From assembly GCA_963813715.1 (NCBI GenBank), contig CAWFAK010000004.1:1-64000 (forward strand): a stretch of 64,000 bases of DNA, written 5' to 3'. This stretch comes from an uncultured Planctomycetaceae bacterium (GTDB lineage: Bacteria; Planctomycetota; Planctomycetia; Planctomycetales; Planctomycetaceae). The position numbers were made by a program, and so were the translations under genes. The notes beneath the pieces are model-generated. The model saw only the letters and a program-made list of their open reading frames with translations. It had not been told where the DNA came from and did not search any database. Positions 1 to 11,405 of the stretch are shown in pieces. How positions within the stretch are numbered: the stretch's first letter is position 1; each line of letters starts with the position of its first letter.

Positions 1-287
1 CCGTCGGCGGTTACGGTCTGCGTCAGGGCTGTCTCGAAGCCGTCCAAAAAACTTGTGGGTTTTTGCGACGCCTCCGGAGGGGGCTTTGCATCGCGATACA
101 AATCTCGTACGCTTGGGTTGAGCCGCATGACACCGTTTGTGCATGCCCGGGTCGCTCCGAATTGCAAATTCGCAAACCGTTACGGCGTGAGTCAAAGCCC
201 GGGCACTGCACGCCAGCTGGCAGGTGCCACCTCCCATAATAGGGTCCGTTGATGTCGTTTGCGGAAAACAGTTGAGATTACGGAACC

Positions 288-875
288 TCACGGTCGGTGC
301 GGTTCGCTGACCACTCTTCCCCGGATGCTCTGACGCGGGACCGGGCCCCAGGCACGCGAATCCTGGCTTTGGTCGCGATTGTCGCCCAGCAGGAAGAAAT
401 GATCCGGGGGGACGAGGACTTCAGCAAAGCAATTCTTCGCCGAGTCGGGCGTGAAGGTAATGAGATGTGAACAATTTCCCAGCATCTCGGTCTCGATAAC
501 CGACCCCAGGTGGTTCTCCGGTGAAACCGAACGAAAAGCCGCCGCGTCCGCCGCCGCGTACTCGACGAGCGTGCCGTTGATACGCAGGCGGTTCTGGTGC
601 ATGGCCACCCGGTCACCCGGCAGTGCCGCGACCCGCTTAAACATCAGGCGGCCATCCTCGGGTGACGCGACTTGGACGAGGTCTCCTAGGTGCGGTTGAC
701 ACCGGGTCAACAGCACGCGGTCGGAGTAGGGGATGCGGACATCATAAGCACCTTGCATAACCCAGACTTGGTCCCCCAAGAGCAGCGTTGGTGCGTCAGA
801 AGGACCGGAGAGGGTGTATGCATGGATATAAGCCGGCAAGAGGCCGAGCACAACGACCAAGATAACGGCACCCAC
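288..875 (-). CDS. lepB: Signal peptidase I (S26)
   Basis: N-terminal TM, Ser box SGPSDAPTL, Lys box FKRV, C-terminal GDNRDQSQDSR. Confidence 0.85.
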   Translation of the reverse strand: MGAVILVVVLGLLPAYIHAYTLSGPSDAPTLLLGDQVWVMQGAYDVRIPYSDRVLLTRCQPHLGDLVQVASPEDGRLMFKRVAALPGDRVAMHQNRLRINGTLVEYAAADAAAFRSVSPENHLGSVIETEMLGNCSHLITFTPDSAKNCFAEVLVPPDHFFLLGDNRDQSQDSRAWGPVPRQSIRGRVVSEPHRP

Positions 876-1311
876 TATCAGTTTCGTGGCGCAGGCTGCG
901 CTTTGAACTCTTCATGCCGCCGTTCCCCATCGTCGCAAGACGGCTAGATTCGCGAGGACGAGCTAACCGTCGACTAGCAGATGATGGTCGTATTAACACG
1001 ACGGCCAGGTCAAGCTAATCGCGGACTCCCTCGTAATTAAATACTGGAATCGTCGTGTCGCTTGGTGCATGTTGCGGTCACGGGTTGGTTCTGTGCTAAA
1101 CGGAGCGACGTCGTTTTCAAATCGATCAAACTCGTTGTCAAGGACCAGCGGGACTCACGCGAGCAGTTGGAACGAGATGCACTGCCTAATGAACGCGTAC
1201 GTCCGTGATTGCCTCGTCACCGGCTACGCTACTCGACCCGATGACCGTCGCGTTATTGCGATCTCTGTCGGGGACCGAAATTCCGCACGAAGGCTGCAAA
1301 TGCCCGTTGAT

Positions 1312-4300
1312 TCACGCCGTCGTATCCGTGACATCCCAAACGCCGCTGCCGCTGACCACGACACCGCCGCCATAGTTCTCGGTATACGACCAGGTGCCGG
1401 TGATCAGATCACCCGTTGTCGTTTGAATTGCTTTGCCGACAAAATGAACGGTGACCGTCAATCCTTCGGATTGGAAGGTCACCGTGCCGGTGATGTTGCC
1501 CTCGGCGTCGATTGTTCCTGTTCCCGTGCCTGCCACGCCCGGAACCGAGACGGTGACGACGCCGTTCGAGACCGCGAGTTCAATGGACGTGTTGGTGACG
1601 CCGCCGCCCCAAAGGGAACTCGTGGTGGTCGTGCCGTTGTTGTCGGTGACAACCGTTCCGCTAAAACTCCCGCCGTAAGATTCGTTAAAAGTTAGTACCC
1701 TTGCCAGGCTCCACGTCCCCTGACCGGTTTCCATCACGCCGTTGCCCAGGTTGGCCGTGAAACTCCAGGTGCCCGCGGCTCGAACTCGGGACAAGATCCA
1801 GTCGCGGTGCCGAGTGAAGGTCACTGCGACCGTCACCCCGTCCGTGACGAAGCTTGTCGTGCCGTCAGGTTACCGTTTGCTGCAATCGTTCCCGTGCCCG
1901 GGGCGAGCCCGGTGCTGCTCGGGTACGCGACTTGCGCAAAGCCATTCGAGATCGCCGCTGTAAACGAAGTTGGAGCGACCGGACTCGTTGTGGTCTGGCC
2001 ATTGTTGTTGACGACGACGGAACCCTGGTAGCTGCCGGCGTAATTACCGTCGAAGTCGGTCACAACCTGTGCACCGCTCATGGTCCACAAGCCGTTGCCG
2101 CTCACGACGATTCCGTTGCCGACGTTTGCCGAGTATTGCCAGGTGCCGTTGGCCGCCGTACCCGAAGGGCCGACGGCGGCGATCATGCCGGTGAACGGCA
2201 CCGCGACGGTGACGCCGTCAATTTGGATGTTCACGCTACCGCTGATGTCTCCCTGCGAATCGACCGTGCCCGTTCCAGAACCACCCGGGATGGTCACCGA
2301 GATCAGTCCGTCTTTGATGGCTGCCGCGTAGGCAGTCGCGGTAACAGGCGTAGTGGTGATCGTGCCGTTGTTGTTAACGACGCTCGTCCCGGTATAGGTC
2401 CCAGTGTAATTTCCGTTGTAGAGGGCAAGTGCCGGGGAGGATCGTAAACGTCAACGGGATGCTTGTGCGCGTTGCCGTAATTGGGATTGGAACTCGTAAA
2501 TGACGCCACTACGGTGTATGTGCCGGCGTTCGTGGGGGCCGTCGACGAACCGGTCCCGCTCACGGTGCTCCCGAGATAATACGCAAACGTCGAACTGCCG
2601 CTGACCGTCGCGCCTCCGACGCCGGTTGCCGTGGCGGTGGCTGCGAACGGATTGCCGTTGTACGTGCCGCCGTTGTTGACCGCGACGACCGTCGGTGTTG
2701 CGGTTGCGATCGCAAACGTCACCGGCGCGCTTGACGCGTTCGAGTAATCGGGATCGTCACTGGTGAACGACGCGACCACGGTATAGGTGCCGGCATTCGT
2801 GGGTGCTGTCGACGAACCGTTCCCGCTCACGGTGCTGCCCGTGTAGTACGCGTACGTGAAGGTTCCGCCGACCGTGGAATTGTTCAGGCCCGTGGCCGTG
2901 GCGCTGGCCGCGAACGGCTCTCCATCGTAAAGTCCGCCAACGTCGGCAACGGTCACTGCAGGCGTCAGCGGGCTGATCGTGAAGGTCACCGGTGCGCTCT
3001 GGCTGTCGACGTACATGGGATTCTGTCGAAGTGAACAGCCCCACAACGGTGTAGGTGCCGGCGGCGGTCGGCGGCGTTGTGGAACTCGGGCCGGTCGCCG
3101 CGCTGCCCGCAAAGTATTCGTAGGCATAGGTGCCTGCGACCGGTTCCCCGACTTCGCCGGTGGCGGTGCCGCTAGCCGGGAACGGATTGCCGTTGTAGAC
3201 CCCTCCCGCGTCGCTAACGGCGACCGTGGGCGTAAATAACGGGACCGTGCTGATTTGTGTGGTAAATGTCAACGTCATCCCGTCGACCGTGTACTGCATC
3301 TGAATGAAGAAGGCAGTGGCCCCCGAGGACGGCAGACTGACCTGCGCGACGTAGTTGCCCCCACCCTGGTCAGTCAGTACGGAGCTGGTCCAGTTGGCCC
3401 CGAACGTCTCGAGCCGGAAATCGCGATCGTCCGGGTTTGTCGCTTGCCACATCAAGACCGAGGTCGGGGTGCTGACCGTGTTCAAATTGATTTCAGTACC
3501 GCCGTTGGTCACGGTCCAGGTGAATTGGGGCAAGGCCGCACCATCGATCACGGCTTTCTCGAAGTCGACTCCGCTCGTGAAGGCCGCGGCATCCAGTGAG
3601 TGATCCGTATTGGGGACGTAATCCAGGTAATTCTCACCCGGCAGGCCGCCGAAATAAAATTGGGCGCCGGGAGTGAAGAACTGGTCCCCCGTCGAATCGA
3701 TCATGTACTTGGGAATGTCGTATGTCGGCCGGTTGATATAGCTGAATGGGTCGATGATCTGGTCGAGTGCCTCACCCTGCGGCGTGTCGAGACTAGCAAA
3801 AGCGGTGGCATACGGCTCGACGGCGGTCGAATCGCCGTCGTAAATGTCCTGTGTGACGCCGACGTACGTGTCGAGTTGATTGGCGATGTTCTCCTGAAGA
3901 TTTAACCCGTCGAAGACAAAGGGGACGATCGCCACGACGCGATTATCCACCGCCGGCGTGAGCCAGGTTGTCCATCCCCGCTTGGACTGCCCGGTGACGA
4001 TAAAGTTGTTGACTGCCAGCGCCGTCCGACTCGGTCGAAACGAACGACTGTGTCGCATTCATGGTGGCGACTGCGCTTTTCACGATGGGCAGCAGAATCG
4101 GCCAATCCTGTCCGTTGCCGTCGAGGAATTGGTCTAACGTGTAGGCAACGAGCGGGTCCTCGGTCAGAGGTCCGGTTCCCGGGAAACTTTCCGGTTCGTT
4201 CGGCACAGTCGGCAGAAAGACGGCAATGGCATTGGTCGTCGTTGCAATTTGGACCGTGTAGGCATCGGCCGTGGTCGGCGGCGTCGCCGAGTTATTCAGC

Positions 4301-4710
4301 GCCTCCTCATTTTCAATGTTGAGCACGGCCGTTTGGGCGGTGACATTCGTCGGCACGACGATCTGCAGCCAATGCTGCCAGACTTCCGAGATGCCGGGCG
4401 CCGGGTTCCAGGTCTGCGACGTCAGGTTCACCACATAATCTTTATACCCCGGACCCGTGATCACGCTGTTGAGCGAGTAGCCGTAGGATGGGTCGGGTGC
4501 GGCGACGTAGGTGTCGAGTGCGGTGATTTGCGACGGAGAGAGCGTCGGCAGTGTCGAGGGCGTACCTGTCAACAGCAGCCGATCCTTAAGCGCCTCGATG
4601 GCGGCGATCGGCGATGAATAAACCAAACGACGAGAGAAAACTGTGAGCCTGCGACGCGGTGTGCGACCCAGCAAGCCGCCGTGAACATGTGTTGCAGGAA
4701 GGGAATTCAA
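1312..4710 (-). CDS. Large secreted protein: PqaA-like (PhoPQ-activated pathogenicity-related) alpha/beta hydrolase, MBG-like repeats and C-terminal beta repeats; split by several frameshifts
   Basis: Planctomycete-type IEALKDRLLL motif; VTGQSKRGWTTW and VPNTDHSL PqaA motifs; three GxYxGxPFxA..TNAGTYTVVASFTS repeats; ORF pieces 3943-4710, 2757-4058, 2303-3127, 1833-2297 and 1312-1836 join up. Confidence 0.75.
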
Positions 4711-5867
4711 GAGACGGGTGCGCTAGAGCCCTTGCCACATGGTCGTTTTCCCGGTTCGAGAGAATTACGAGAAGGGGGCCCGCTGGTTGGAGATCGTAAA
4801 CGGTCAACTAAGGCAAAATCAACACACAAAATCGCCGTCAAAATTGTTCTTAATCAAAAACCTCCCGCGCGGTTTGTCCTTAATTTGTTCGGTGCGAGAA
4901 TCGCCTTTTGCCTCCATTCGGGCGAATTGCTCAGGGGGATCGCTTTGCCGTAATTTGGCTCATCATGGATCGTCGGGACTTAAACACATTGAAACCAAAA
5001 GTGGCCAATCATGCTAAAACGCCGATGGCCTCCCGACGACGAGTTTCCGCGGACCCGGAAAAGCGTTCTACTTGCATGCGTCGGTCACGGCGACCGAGGC
5101 ACCGAATCCTGCCGCTGGCGATGGAACCGAAAATCGTTCGTTTTCTGATTTTGCTCAGTCCGAGCAGAAGTGGGAAATTCTCGGGAAAACGTCAGTCCCG
5201 AAAACTCATCTCGGAAATCAAATTCCCGGAATCTCGTCGGATCTGGCGTATTCGACTTCGCTTCATCCAGATCATTCTGGCGTTCTGAACGACCTCCAAT
5301 AGCTAAAAGGGGGCTAAGTGCCGGTCGCTCGTTCTGATCGCCGCTCGCCGCTCGACCGACCCTAGCGCCTGAATGAGGCACTGGACTGATCGAGCGGCGA
5401 GTCGGTTGGCTTCAGCAGTTGGGAGGTTCGGCCGCGGTTAGAGCCGGCCTCTGCTCGACATGCGAGAACGCTCCACCCATCCAGGCATCCGCCTTTCGCC
5501 GGACAGGGATGACCCCAATTGTGCGAATGAAGTCACGCGCGTGAATCAGGCTGCATGTGAGGAATTCGGCCGGGACACGATGTCCGCCTGTTTTTGTCGT
5601 CCGCATCGTAATGGGTGCGCTGGAGTGGTCCACGCGATTCCGGCGGCGGATCCAAAGGACATTTGGGGCCAAAACAGTTCGTGGGAGAGCACCAGTAGCG
5701 GGAGCGGCCCTCGGATGGAATGCTTTCCACCCGAAGGACGCCGCTCTCGCTGACAGAGTTCAAGACCGAGTCCATGGGCGGCTGCATCCTCGATGCCAAC
5801 TTGCCGGTCGCCGGGCACATGCGAATCGTTGTGAAGGGTTAGCCAGTCTTCGGCCGAACTGCGAAGC

Positions 5868-6510
5868 TCAAGCCACTGCAACCGCGGCTGCCTTGTCATT
5901 GCTCAGCTCGCCCACGAACCGGAGCCAGTTCTCACAAAGGTCGCGACGTAGCTGGCTGACGCGTGCCGCTGAAACCCGAAACATGCGGGCGACGCGACCA
6001 GTCGTTTCGCCGAGCGCCAGTTTCTCGGCGAGCTGCCGGTCCCGGTTCGACAAGGTTGAAAGCCAACTGGCGAAATCGAGCCGCGTCATCGCGATTTGAG
6101 CCGGACCTGCTGTTCGGTCCTCGACCAGAACTTCGCGCCACTGACCCGTGCGCTGATCGAACCGGTCGAGTGCTCAATCGTGAAGCCCTTCGTCACAGCC
6201 GCACGCGGTGACGTGAGGTCCCGGCTGTTGCTCTGCGAGCCAAGTCGCCGGCCTGCACGGACCTTCTTAATCGCGAACTGGGCGAGTGGTGTGGCATAGA
6301 CGAGAGCCGACTTGCGCCTCTGGCGCAGCCGCACGAACAGGGCATAAGCCTGGCGACGACCTCTTGCATCAGCTCTTCGCGGGCATCTACGGGTATTCCG
6401 CGAAACGCGTACTCGGCTTGTTCTCGAATGGTCCGTAAGAGCTGCAGAAATTTGTCGTTCCGGCGGCGGGAGGAGGCCGGGCATCTCGGGCTTCTTGCAG
6501 TGGCGAGCAT
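5868..6510 (-). CDS. Sigma-factor-like HTH protein (two frameshifts)
   Basis: ORF pieces join: AREELMQEVVA..AYALFVRL..; C-terminal LALGETTGRVARMFRVSAARVSQLRR resembles a sigma region-4 HTH. Confidence 0.55.
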
Positions 6511-6528
6511 GTGGGCGATCCTTCGAAT

Positions 6529-6615
6529 AAAAAGGGACCGCCCGTCTGCGGGGCGGTCCTGTTCGGGAGAACAAGAGCCGCCCCCGCGTTGAAGCCGGGG
6601 ACGCTCAGAGACAAA
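6529..6615 (-). terminator. Intergenic terminator hairpin with upstream competing GGGGCGG (attenuator-like, copy A)
   Basis: Minus strand GGACCGCCCCGCAGACGGGCGGTCCCTTTTT. Confidence 0.6.
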
Positions 6616-6813
6616 TCAGGCGACGAAGGCAGGCCGCTTGCGGCGCTGCTGGAAAGAAATCCGTCGTGTCTGCTGGGCTTCGTCCCAGTCGACTGTCTGG
6701 GGCTCGCGTTCTTGCGGGACACCCGTCAGCGGGACGAATCCCATGCTTGAGACCACGGACACCGACTCGCCGGTCGCGCGGGCGACGGCGCGGTTCAATT
6801 CGTTCTGGGTCAT
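6616..6813 (-). CDS. Small hypothetical protein (MTQNELNRAVARATGESV...)
   Basis: AGGAG RBS, ATG at 6813, 65 aa. Confidence 0.65.
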   Translation of the reverse strand: MTQNELNRAVARATGESVSVVSSMGFVPLTGVPQEREPQTVDWDEAQQTRRISFQQRRKRPAFVA

Positions 6814-6844
6814 CGCTTCTTCTCCTGCAGTAAGTGAGTGCCAG

Positions 6845-6925
6845 AAAAAGCGACCGCCCCGGATCCGGGGCGGCCGTGTGAGGAATACACAACCGCCCCT
6901 TGAACAGGGCGCAAGAACGCAAAAC
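6845..6925 (-). terminator. Intergenic terminator hairpin with upstream competing GGGGCGG (attenuator-like, copy B)
   Basis: Palindrome CCGCCCCGGATCCGGGGCGG followed by TCGCTTTTT on the minus strand. Confidence 0.6.
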
Positions 6926-6934
6926 TGATCAGAC

Positions 6935-7183
6935 CTAGACAGGGATCGACGGCAAGTGGCCTTCGATCCAGCGGGTCTCAGCGGCGAGCGCCTGACTTCG
7001 CTGGGCAAACGGTCCCAGAGTCGGACCGCCAATTCGTGACAGGTCGGCGGTCCAGTGGCCGCTATCAGTCGGCTCGACGAGGGAGGCTCGGCGAATCGTG
7101 AGTGGGCCAAGTGAACCGAGATCGAGCTCTTCACCGTAGAGGCAGCGCAATTGGCCGGTCGGCGCGATGAAGAGCTCCATCAC
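6935..7183 (-). CDS. Small hypothetical protein of the Ycf46-type cluster
   Basis: 82-aa ORF whose start overlaps the upstream stop codon. Confidence 0.65.
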   Translation of the reverse strand: MMELFIAPTGQLRCLYGEELDLGSLGPLTIRRASLVEPTDSGHWTADLSRIGGPTLGPFAQRSQALAAETRWIEGHLPSIPV

Positions 7184-8136
7184 GCCCGCTCCGAACGCTG
7201 CGGCCGCAGAATGTTCCTCCGCGGCCGATCGATCAACAGCCCATCGAGGACCGACTGCACCCCGGAAAGCTGACTGGTCACGCGCTGTCGCAAGTTCTCA
7301 TTGTCCCGCAACTGCTTCGCCTCAACGCCGCGTACCGCGCGCTGGGCTTGAGCCACGATTTCGTCGAGCTGGTCGTTGGAGCGGATGTTGAGCCGACGAA
7401 ACCGCTCAAAGAACTCGCCCAGGTTCTCGACGACAGAGTCCCGGAATATCTTCGGCTTGCCATCCTCGGTGCCGCTCAAGCGTTCGGTGAGATGCGAGAC
7501 CAGCGCCGCCAGTTCCTGCAGAAAGGCCTGCTCGGCCAAACGCACCGCCTCGTCGAATTGGGCGGAGACCCGGCGGCACTCCTGCTCGTAGAGCTCGGAA
7601 CTGAGCCGCTGCAGATAGGCCGGCGGCTCAACCGATGGAAAGTCCCAAGTCACGTCGAACAGGCCCCACAGGGACTCCGGGTAGTCGGCCGGGTTGAACA
7701 GGCGACCGAGTTGCTCACGGGCGGCCGATTTGAGCGAGGCAAAGTGCCGGCCGAGATTGCGGACGGCCTCTTCGAGGTCGGCCTTGAGAGTTTTGAGCTG
7801 CAAATTGACTGGCCCGACGTCGTCCTGACGGATGAGCCGGATCCCCGGCTCGGGGTAGGGGAGACTGATGCCCCGCCAATAAGAAACGATCCGTCCCCGT
7901 GCGCTGGTCACTGCCTTGACGTCGGGATGTTTGGTGTCGATCAGCTTCTTGCCTGCCGACAGGAATTCACCCTCGGCACCAAAAGTGTCGGCGGCCTGCG
8001 CCTTTTGTTCGGGAGTCAGAGTTTTGCGAGTGCCAAACCAGGTGAACGACAGGCGGACGGCCGCGGTCGAAGCCCGCAGTCGCTGGCCGGCTGAAGAGTC
8101 AGTGTGAGAAGCAGGTTCATCCAAGAGTGTAGTCAT
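7180..8136 (-). CDS. Helical hypothetical protein, DUF3150-like
   Basis: MTTLLDEP start after GGAG; downstream of the AAA ATPase; FNPADYP and FDVTWDFP motifs. Confidence 0.6.
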   Translation of the reverse strand: MTTLLDEPASHTDSSAGQRLRASTAAVRLSFTWFGTRKTLTPEQKAQAADTFGAEGEFLSAGKKLIDTKHPDVKAVTSARGRIVSYWRGISLPYPEPGIRLIRQDDVGPVNLQLKTLKADLEEAVRNLGRHFASLKSAAREQLGRLFNPADYPESLWGLFDVTWDFPSVEPPAYLQRLSSELYEQECRRVSAQFDEAVRLAEQAFLQELAALVSHLTERLSGTEDGKPKIFRDSVVENLGEFFERFRRLNIRSNDQLDEIVAQAQRAVRGVEAKQLRDNENLRQRVTSQLSGVQSVLDGLLIDRPRRNILRPQRSERA

Positions 8137-8197
8137 GCAAGAACGGTCTCCGTTTGTAAGGGGAGCGTTTGAATGCCAGGACCTTGAAAGAGGCCGC

Positions 8198-9683
8198 TCA
8201 GTTGTTGGCGGCATTGCGGCTGACTCGGCGGCGTGAGTCGTTAACCTGATCACGGCGATAGATACCCGGCTTGTCGGCCGACAGGCAGCGGCCGCTGGCC
8301 CAGTTCCTAAGCCGCTCAACCGACTCAGCCGCCGTGACCGCCACCGGCACGATGTTTTTGCCGGCTTCGAGCAATGGCATGTCCAGCAACGCCGAAAGGC
8401 GGCAACAGGCGCGAATCTCGGCTCCCGTCCAATCGGTGTCGACGGGCCGCTGTTGCTTGGCATTGAGAGCAAACTTGTCGAGGTACATCTGCCAGATCGT
8501 CTGCTTCTCGCGCTGACCCGGCAGATCGACGAAGAAGACTCCATCGAACCGTTCGGCGCGTGAGAACTCGGGGGGCAGCTTCGACACGTCATTTAGGGTT
8601 CCGACGAAGAAGACGTCGGTCTCGTGATCGTTGAGCCAGGTGAGCAGGGTTCCAAACAGCCGGGCCGAAACACCGCGATCGGTCTGTCCGCTGGAGGCGA
8701 CGCCGCTGAGCGCTTTGTCGAGTTCGTCGGCCATCAGCACACAGGGAGCCATGGCATCGGCGATCTTGAGTGCCTGACGGATGTTTTGCTCTGTTTGACC
8801 GACCAACGACCCCATCAGTGCGCCGACATCGAGAATGAGTGTCGGCCGGCCCAGTTCGTTACCCAGCGCCTTCGAGATGGCCGATTTGCCACAGCCCGGA
8901 GGTGACAGAAGCAGAATGCCCCGCGGTCGGGCCGCAGCATTGGCTACCGAGCGGTGCCGTAGGGCACGCCGACAAAATTCCTTGAGCGACTCCAGTCCAC
9001 CAAGGTCGTTGAAGCACTCTCCTCCGCGGTGCAGCTGCAGTAGGCCGCTCTTTTTGAGCATCTGGGACTTGAGCTCCCAGATGGTCTCAGGCGCGAGACG
9101 TCCGTGCCGCACAATCGACAGGCTGAATGCACCTTCTGCTTCGTAACGAGTGAGCCCGGCCGCTGCGTCGAGAAGGGACGCCAATCCTGCTCCATCCGGC
9201 AGTTCTCCTGGCTTGTCGGCGATTCCTCCGGCGATCTCCTGCAGTTGCTCGCGATTGGGTAGCTCGTGTTCCAGGCAGACAAAGAGCTTTTCCAGTTCGA
9301 CGGGAATCTGCACCACCGGCGCCAGGATCACCACGAAGGTCCTGTTTTGTTTGCCGGCCGTGATCTGGCGTGCCAACGCCTGGACAATCTCCGGCGAATT
9401 CAAGAAACGATGGAAGTTGACCAGAACCAGTACAGGCAGTCCCTTCAGGCTCCGCCAGCGTGCTCAACGCGTGCACGGCCGCCAGCGGATCATGGCCGGT
9501 GTCGGCAGGTTCTTGCCGACCAATCAACAGTCCCCGGTCGATATCCCAAGTGGCCCAACGCCAATTCTCGGCGCGACACAGCTGGGCGATCTCGGTCAGG
9601 GCGTCTTCATGTTCATGCGATTCGATCCAGAGGCCGGTGAAGCACGCGCGTACGTGCTCCGCCAGGCGCTGGGATAGCGTCAT
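8198..9683 (-). CDS. Ycf46-like AAA+ ATPase (frameshift near 9435)
   Basis: LGGLESLKEF, Walker A SPPGCGKS, Walker B MADELDK, LPPEFSRAERFD, WTGAEI. Confidence 0.85.
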
Positions 9684-9778
9684 TGGAATCTCCTGTGTTG
9701 TGGGAAGCGGATTCAGATCGCGAGGTGGCGCCTCGTGACGTGGGTGTCCAGCGTCCGCGGCAGGCGAGAAGAGAGCAC

Positions 9779-9997
9779 TCAGCCTTGTTGGAGGCGGGCA
9801 ATCTCGCGCTCGAGACGAGTGACCCTTCGCTGCTGCTTCTCAACCGCATGAAAAGCCCGCCTGAGCCGGCTCATCCAGCGGGTAAGGGTTTGCTGCTCGA
9901 CCTCGAGCTTCGAACGACGGACCGAGAGTTGTGTCTGTCGTAGGCTGTCATCAGCCAAGCGAGACGGACGCAGAAGGCGACGGCGGGGCTGACTCAT
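9779..9997 (-). CDS. Small basic coiled-coil hypothetical protein
   Basis: 72-aa ORF directly downstream of the DUF2997-like gene. Confidence 0.55.
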   Translation of the reverse strand: MSQPRRRLLRPSRLADDSLRQTQLSVRRSKLEVEQQTLTRWMSRLRRAFHAVEKQQRRVTRLEREIARLQQG

Positions 9998-9998
9998 G

Positions 9999-10190
9999 TC
10001 AGGCGCCCTCCTTCAGCCGTTGGGGCTGGTTCTCCTGGGCGTAAAACTCGCCCGTGAGCCGCTCTCCCGTCCGCTGGCCCAGAGCCGTCTCGATGAATTC
10101 GCTGGCCTGCCGGCATTCGGCTCCGGCAAAACCCTTGGTTTCGACGCTGGTTTGCCCAGTAGGAGTGACCGTGATTTCGATGGTCTTCAA
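9999..10190 (-). CDS. DUF2997 family protein
   Basis: IEITVTPTGQTSVETKGFAGAECRQASEFIETALG..LTGEFY. Confidence 0.8.
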   Translation of the reverse strand: MKTIEITVTPTGQTSVETKGFAGAECRQASEFIETALGQRTGERLTGEFYAQENQPQRLKEGA

Positions 10191-10555
10191 GCGGCACCTC
10201 CGACCTGAATCGAGACAAGGATCGCGCCGTTGGGGAGGATTTGCTCGATGGCCGAGTAACCTTTGCGGCGGGCTTCGATCTTGGCCTTTTCGATGGCGTA
10301 AGCCTGCAGGAACCGGTCAAGTTCCTGCTGGTTGCCCCAGCGGCCGCCGTAGTCGTCGAATTCGATCTTGCCGGTCTTGAGGTTGCAGACGGCCGGATAC
10401 GTCCAGCCAGGCAGTTGCACCGCCAGGCCCTGGGCCGTGCCGCTAAACAGTCCATGCAGGCCATGCGCTGCGGCCGGCAGTTTGAGACGCTCACAGGCCG
10501 CCTGGACGGCCGTCGCATCCCGGACTTCGGTCTCGATGGTGACAATGTGCGACAT
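10187..10555 (-). CDS. DUF1257 / Ycf35-like protein
   Basis: MSHIVTIETEVRD start, LQAYA..ARRKGY..EQ..NG..V end. Confidence 0.75.
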   Translation of the reverse strand: MSHIVTIETEVRDATAVQAACERLKLPAAAHGLHGLFSGTAQGLAVQLPGWTYPAVCNLKTGKIEFDDYGGRWGNQQELDRFLQAYAIEKAKIEARRKGYSAIEQILPNGAILVSIQVGGAA

Positions 10556-10567
10556 CGTTCTCCTCAT

Positions 10568-11182
10568 TTAGTGACAGCTGTTGGTGGGGGAGGGGAGTGC
10601 AGGCAGAGGGCTTGGTGTTGGTGGCAGATCCGAGCTTGATTGGTCCTCGTCGATCGTGAGGGGCAGGGCGGCGTGAGCGCACGCCATGAACAGTGGGCCC
10701 TGAGTCGCGAGCTCTTCGACCAGGATCTCTGCGGCCGTAGAGTCCTCGCTGGTCGACAGCAACAAGGACCGGACCAGGTACCAACAGACCACGAGCGGGA
10801 GTGCCGCGGCGACAACGAGCGCGAGTCCGTTGATCGACTCCGCAATAACCGGGTCGCGCAGACGCTGGTCAGCCAGCGAGCGGCGTTCGTCCTCCAGATC
10901 CTGCCGCTGTTGATCGAGAGTCGAGCGCTCGGTGTGCAGTTCCTGCTGCAACTGGTTTGCGTCGGACTGGACTGCCGACTCGGCTTTGATCAGCTCGTGA
11001 GTCGTCTCGATGACAGCCTGACTCTGTCGGGCCATCTGAGCATTCTGCTCGGCCTGCCGATTCAGGCTTTCTCGGGAAATCTCGACCACGCGTTGGTCGG
11101 AATCACAGCCCGGTTGGATGATGCTCATCACGATTGCGGCGAGCAGGAGCGACCACCTGAGGCGGCGCGGGGTTCCTCGCAT
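10568..11182 (-). CDS. Putative lipoprotein with coiled coil and TM segment
   Basis: Signal peptide ending QPGC, Q/E/R-rich helix, hydrophobic segment. Confidence 0.6.
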   Translation of the reverse strand: MRGTPRRLRWSLLLAAIVMSIIQPGCDSDQRVVEISRESLNRQAEQNAQMARQSQAVIETTHELIKAESAVQSDANQLQQELHTERSTLDQQRQDLEDERRSLADQRLRDPVIAESINGLALVVAAALPLVVCWYLVRSLLLSTSEDSTAAEILVEELATQGPLFMACAHAALPLTIDEDQSSSDLPPTPSPLPALPSPTNSCH

Positions 11183-11328
11183 GCGGATTCCTCCAGAGGG
11201 AAAGAAGTCGGACCAAGAGACGCTGTAGGGCGCGGCGGAGCCGCACCTCGCGGACGAGGGCCAGAATCGTGGCCAAGAGCAGGAGCGGAAAGCGGTGGTC
11301 GGAGTCACGTGGCGGTTTCCTCCCTGGT

Positions 11329-11405
11329 TGTGGATGCGGACGCAACAAAAACGAAAACGCCCGGTCGTCGGCTTGGATGGCCAAGAACCAGGCGTTTCTT
11401 GCGTC
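11329..11405 (-). terminator. Long hairpin with U-tract upstream of the module
   Basis: GAAACGCCTGGT...ACCGGGCGTTTTCGTTTTT on the minus strand. Confidence 0.45.

Noticed and set aside
5412..5899. Short overlapping ORFs
   Set aside because: No recognisable motif and no way to choose a frame
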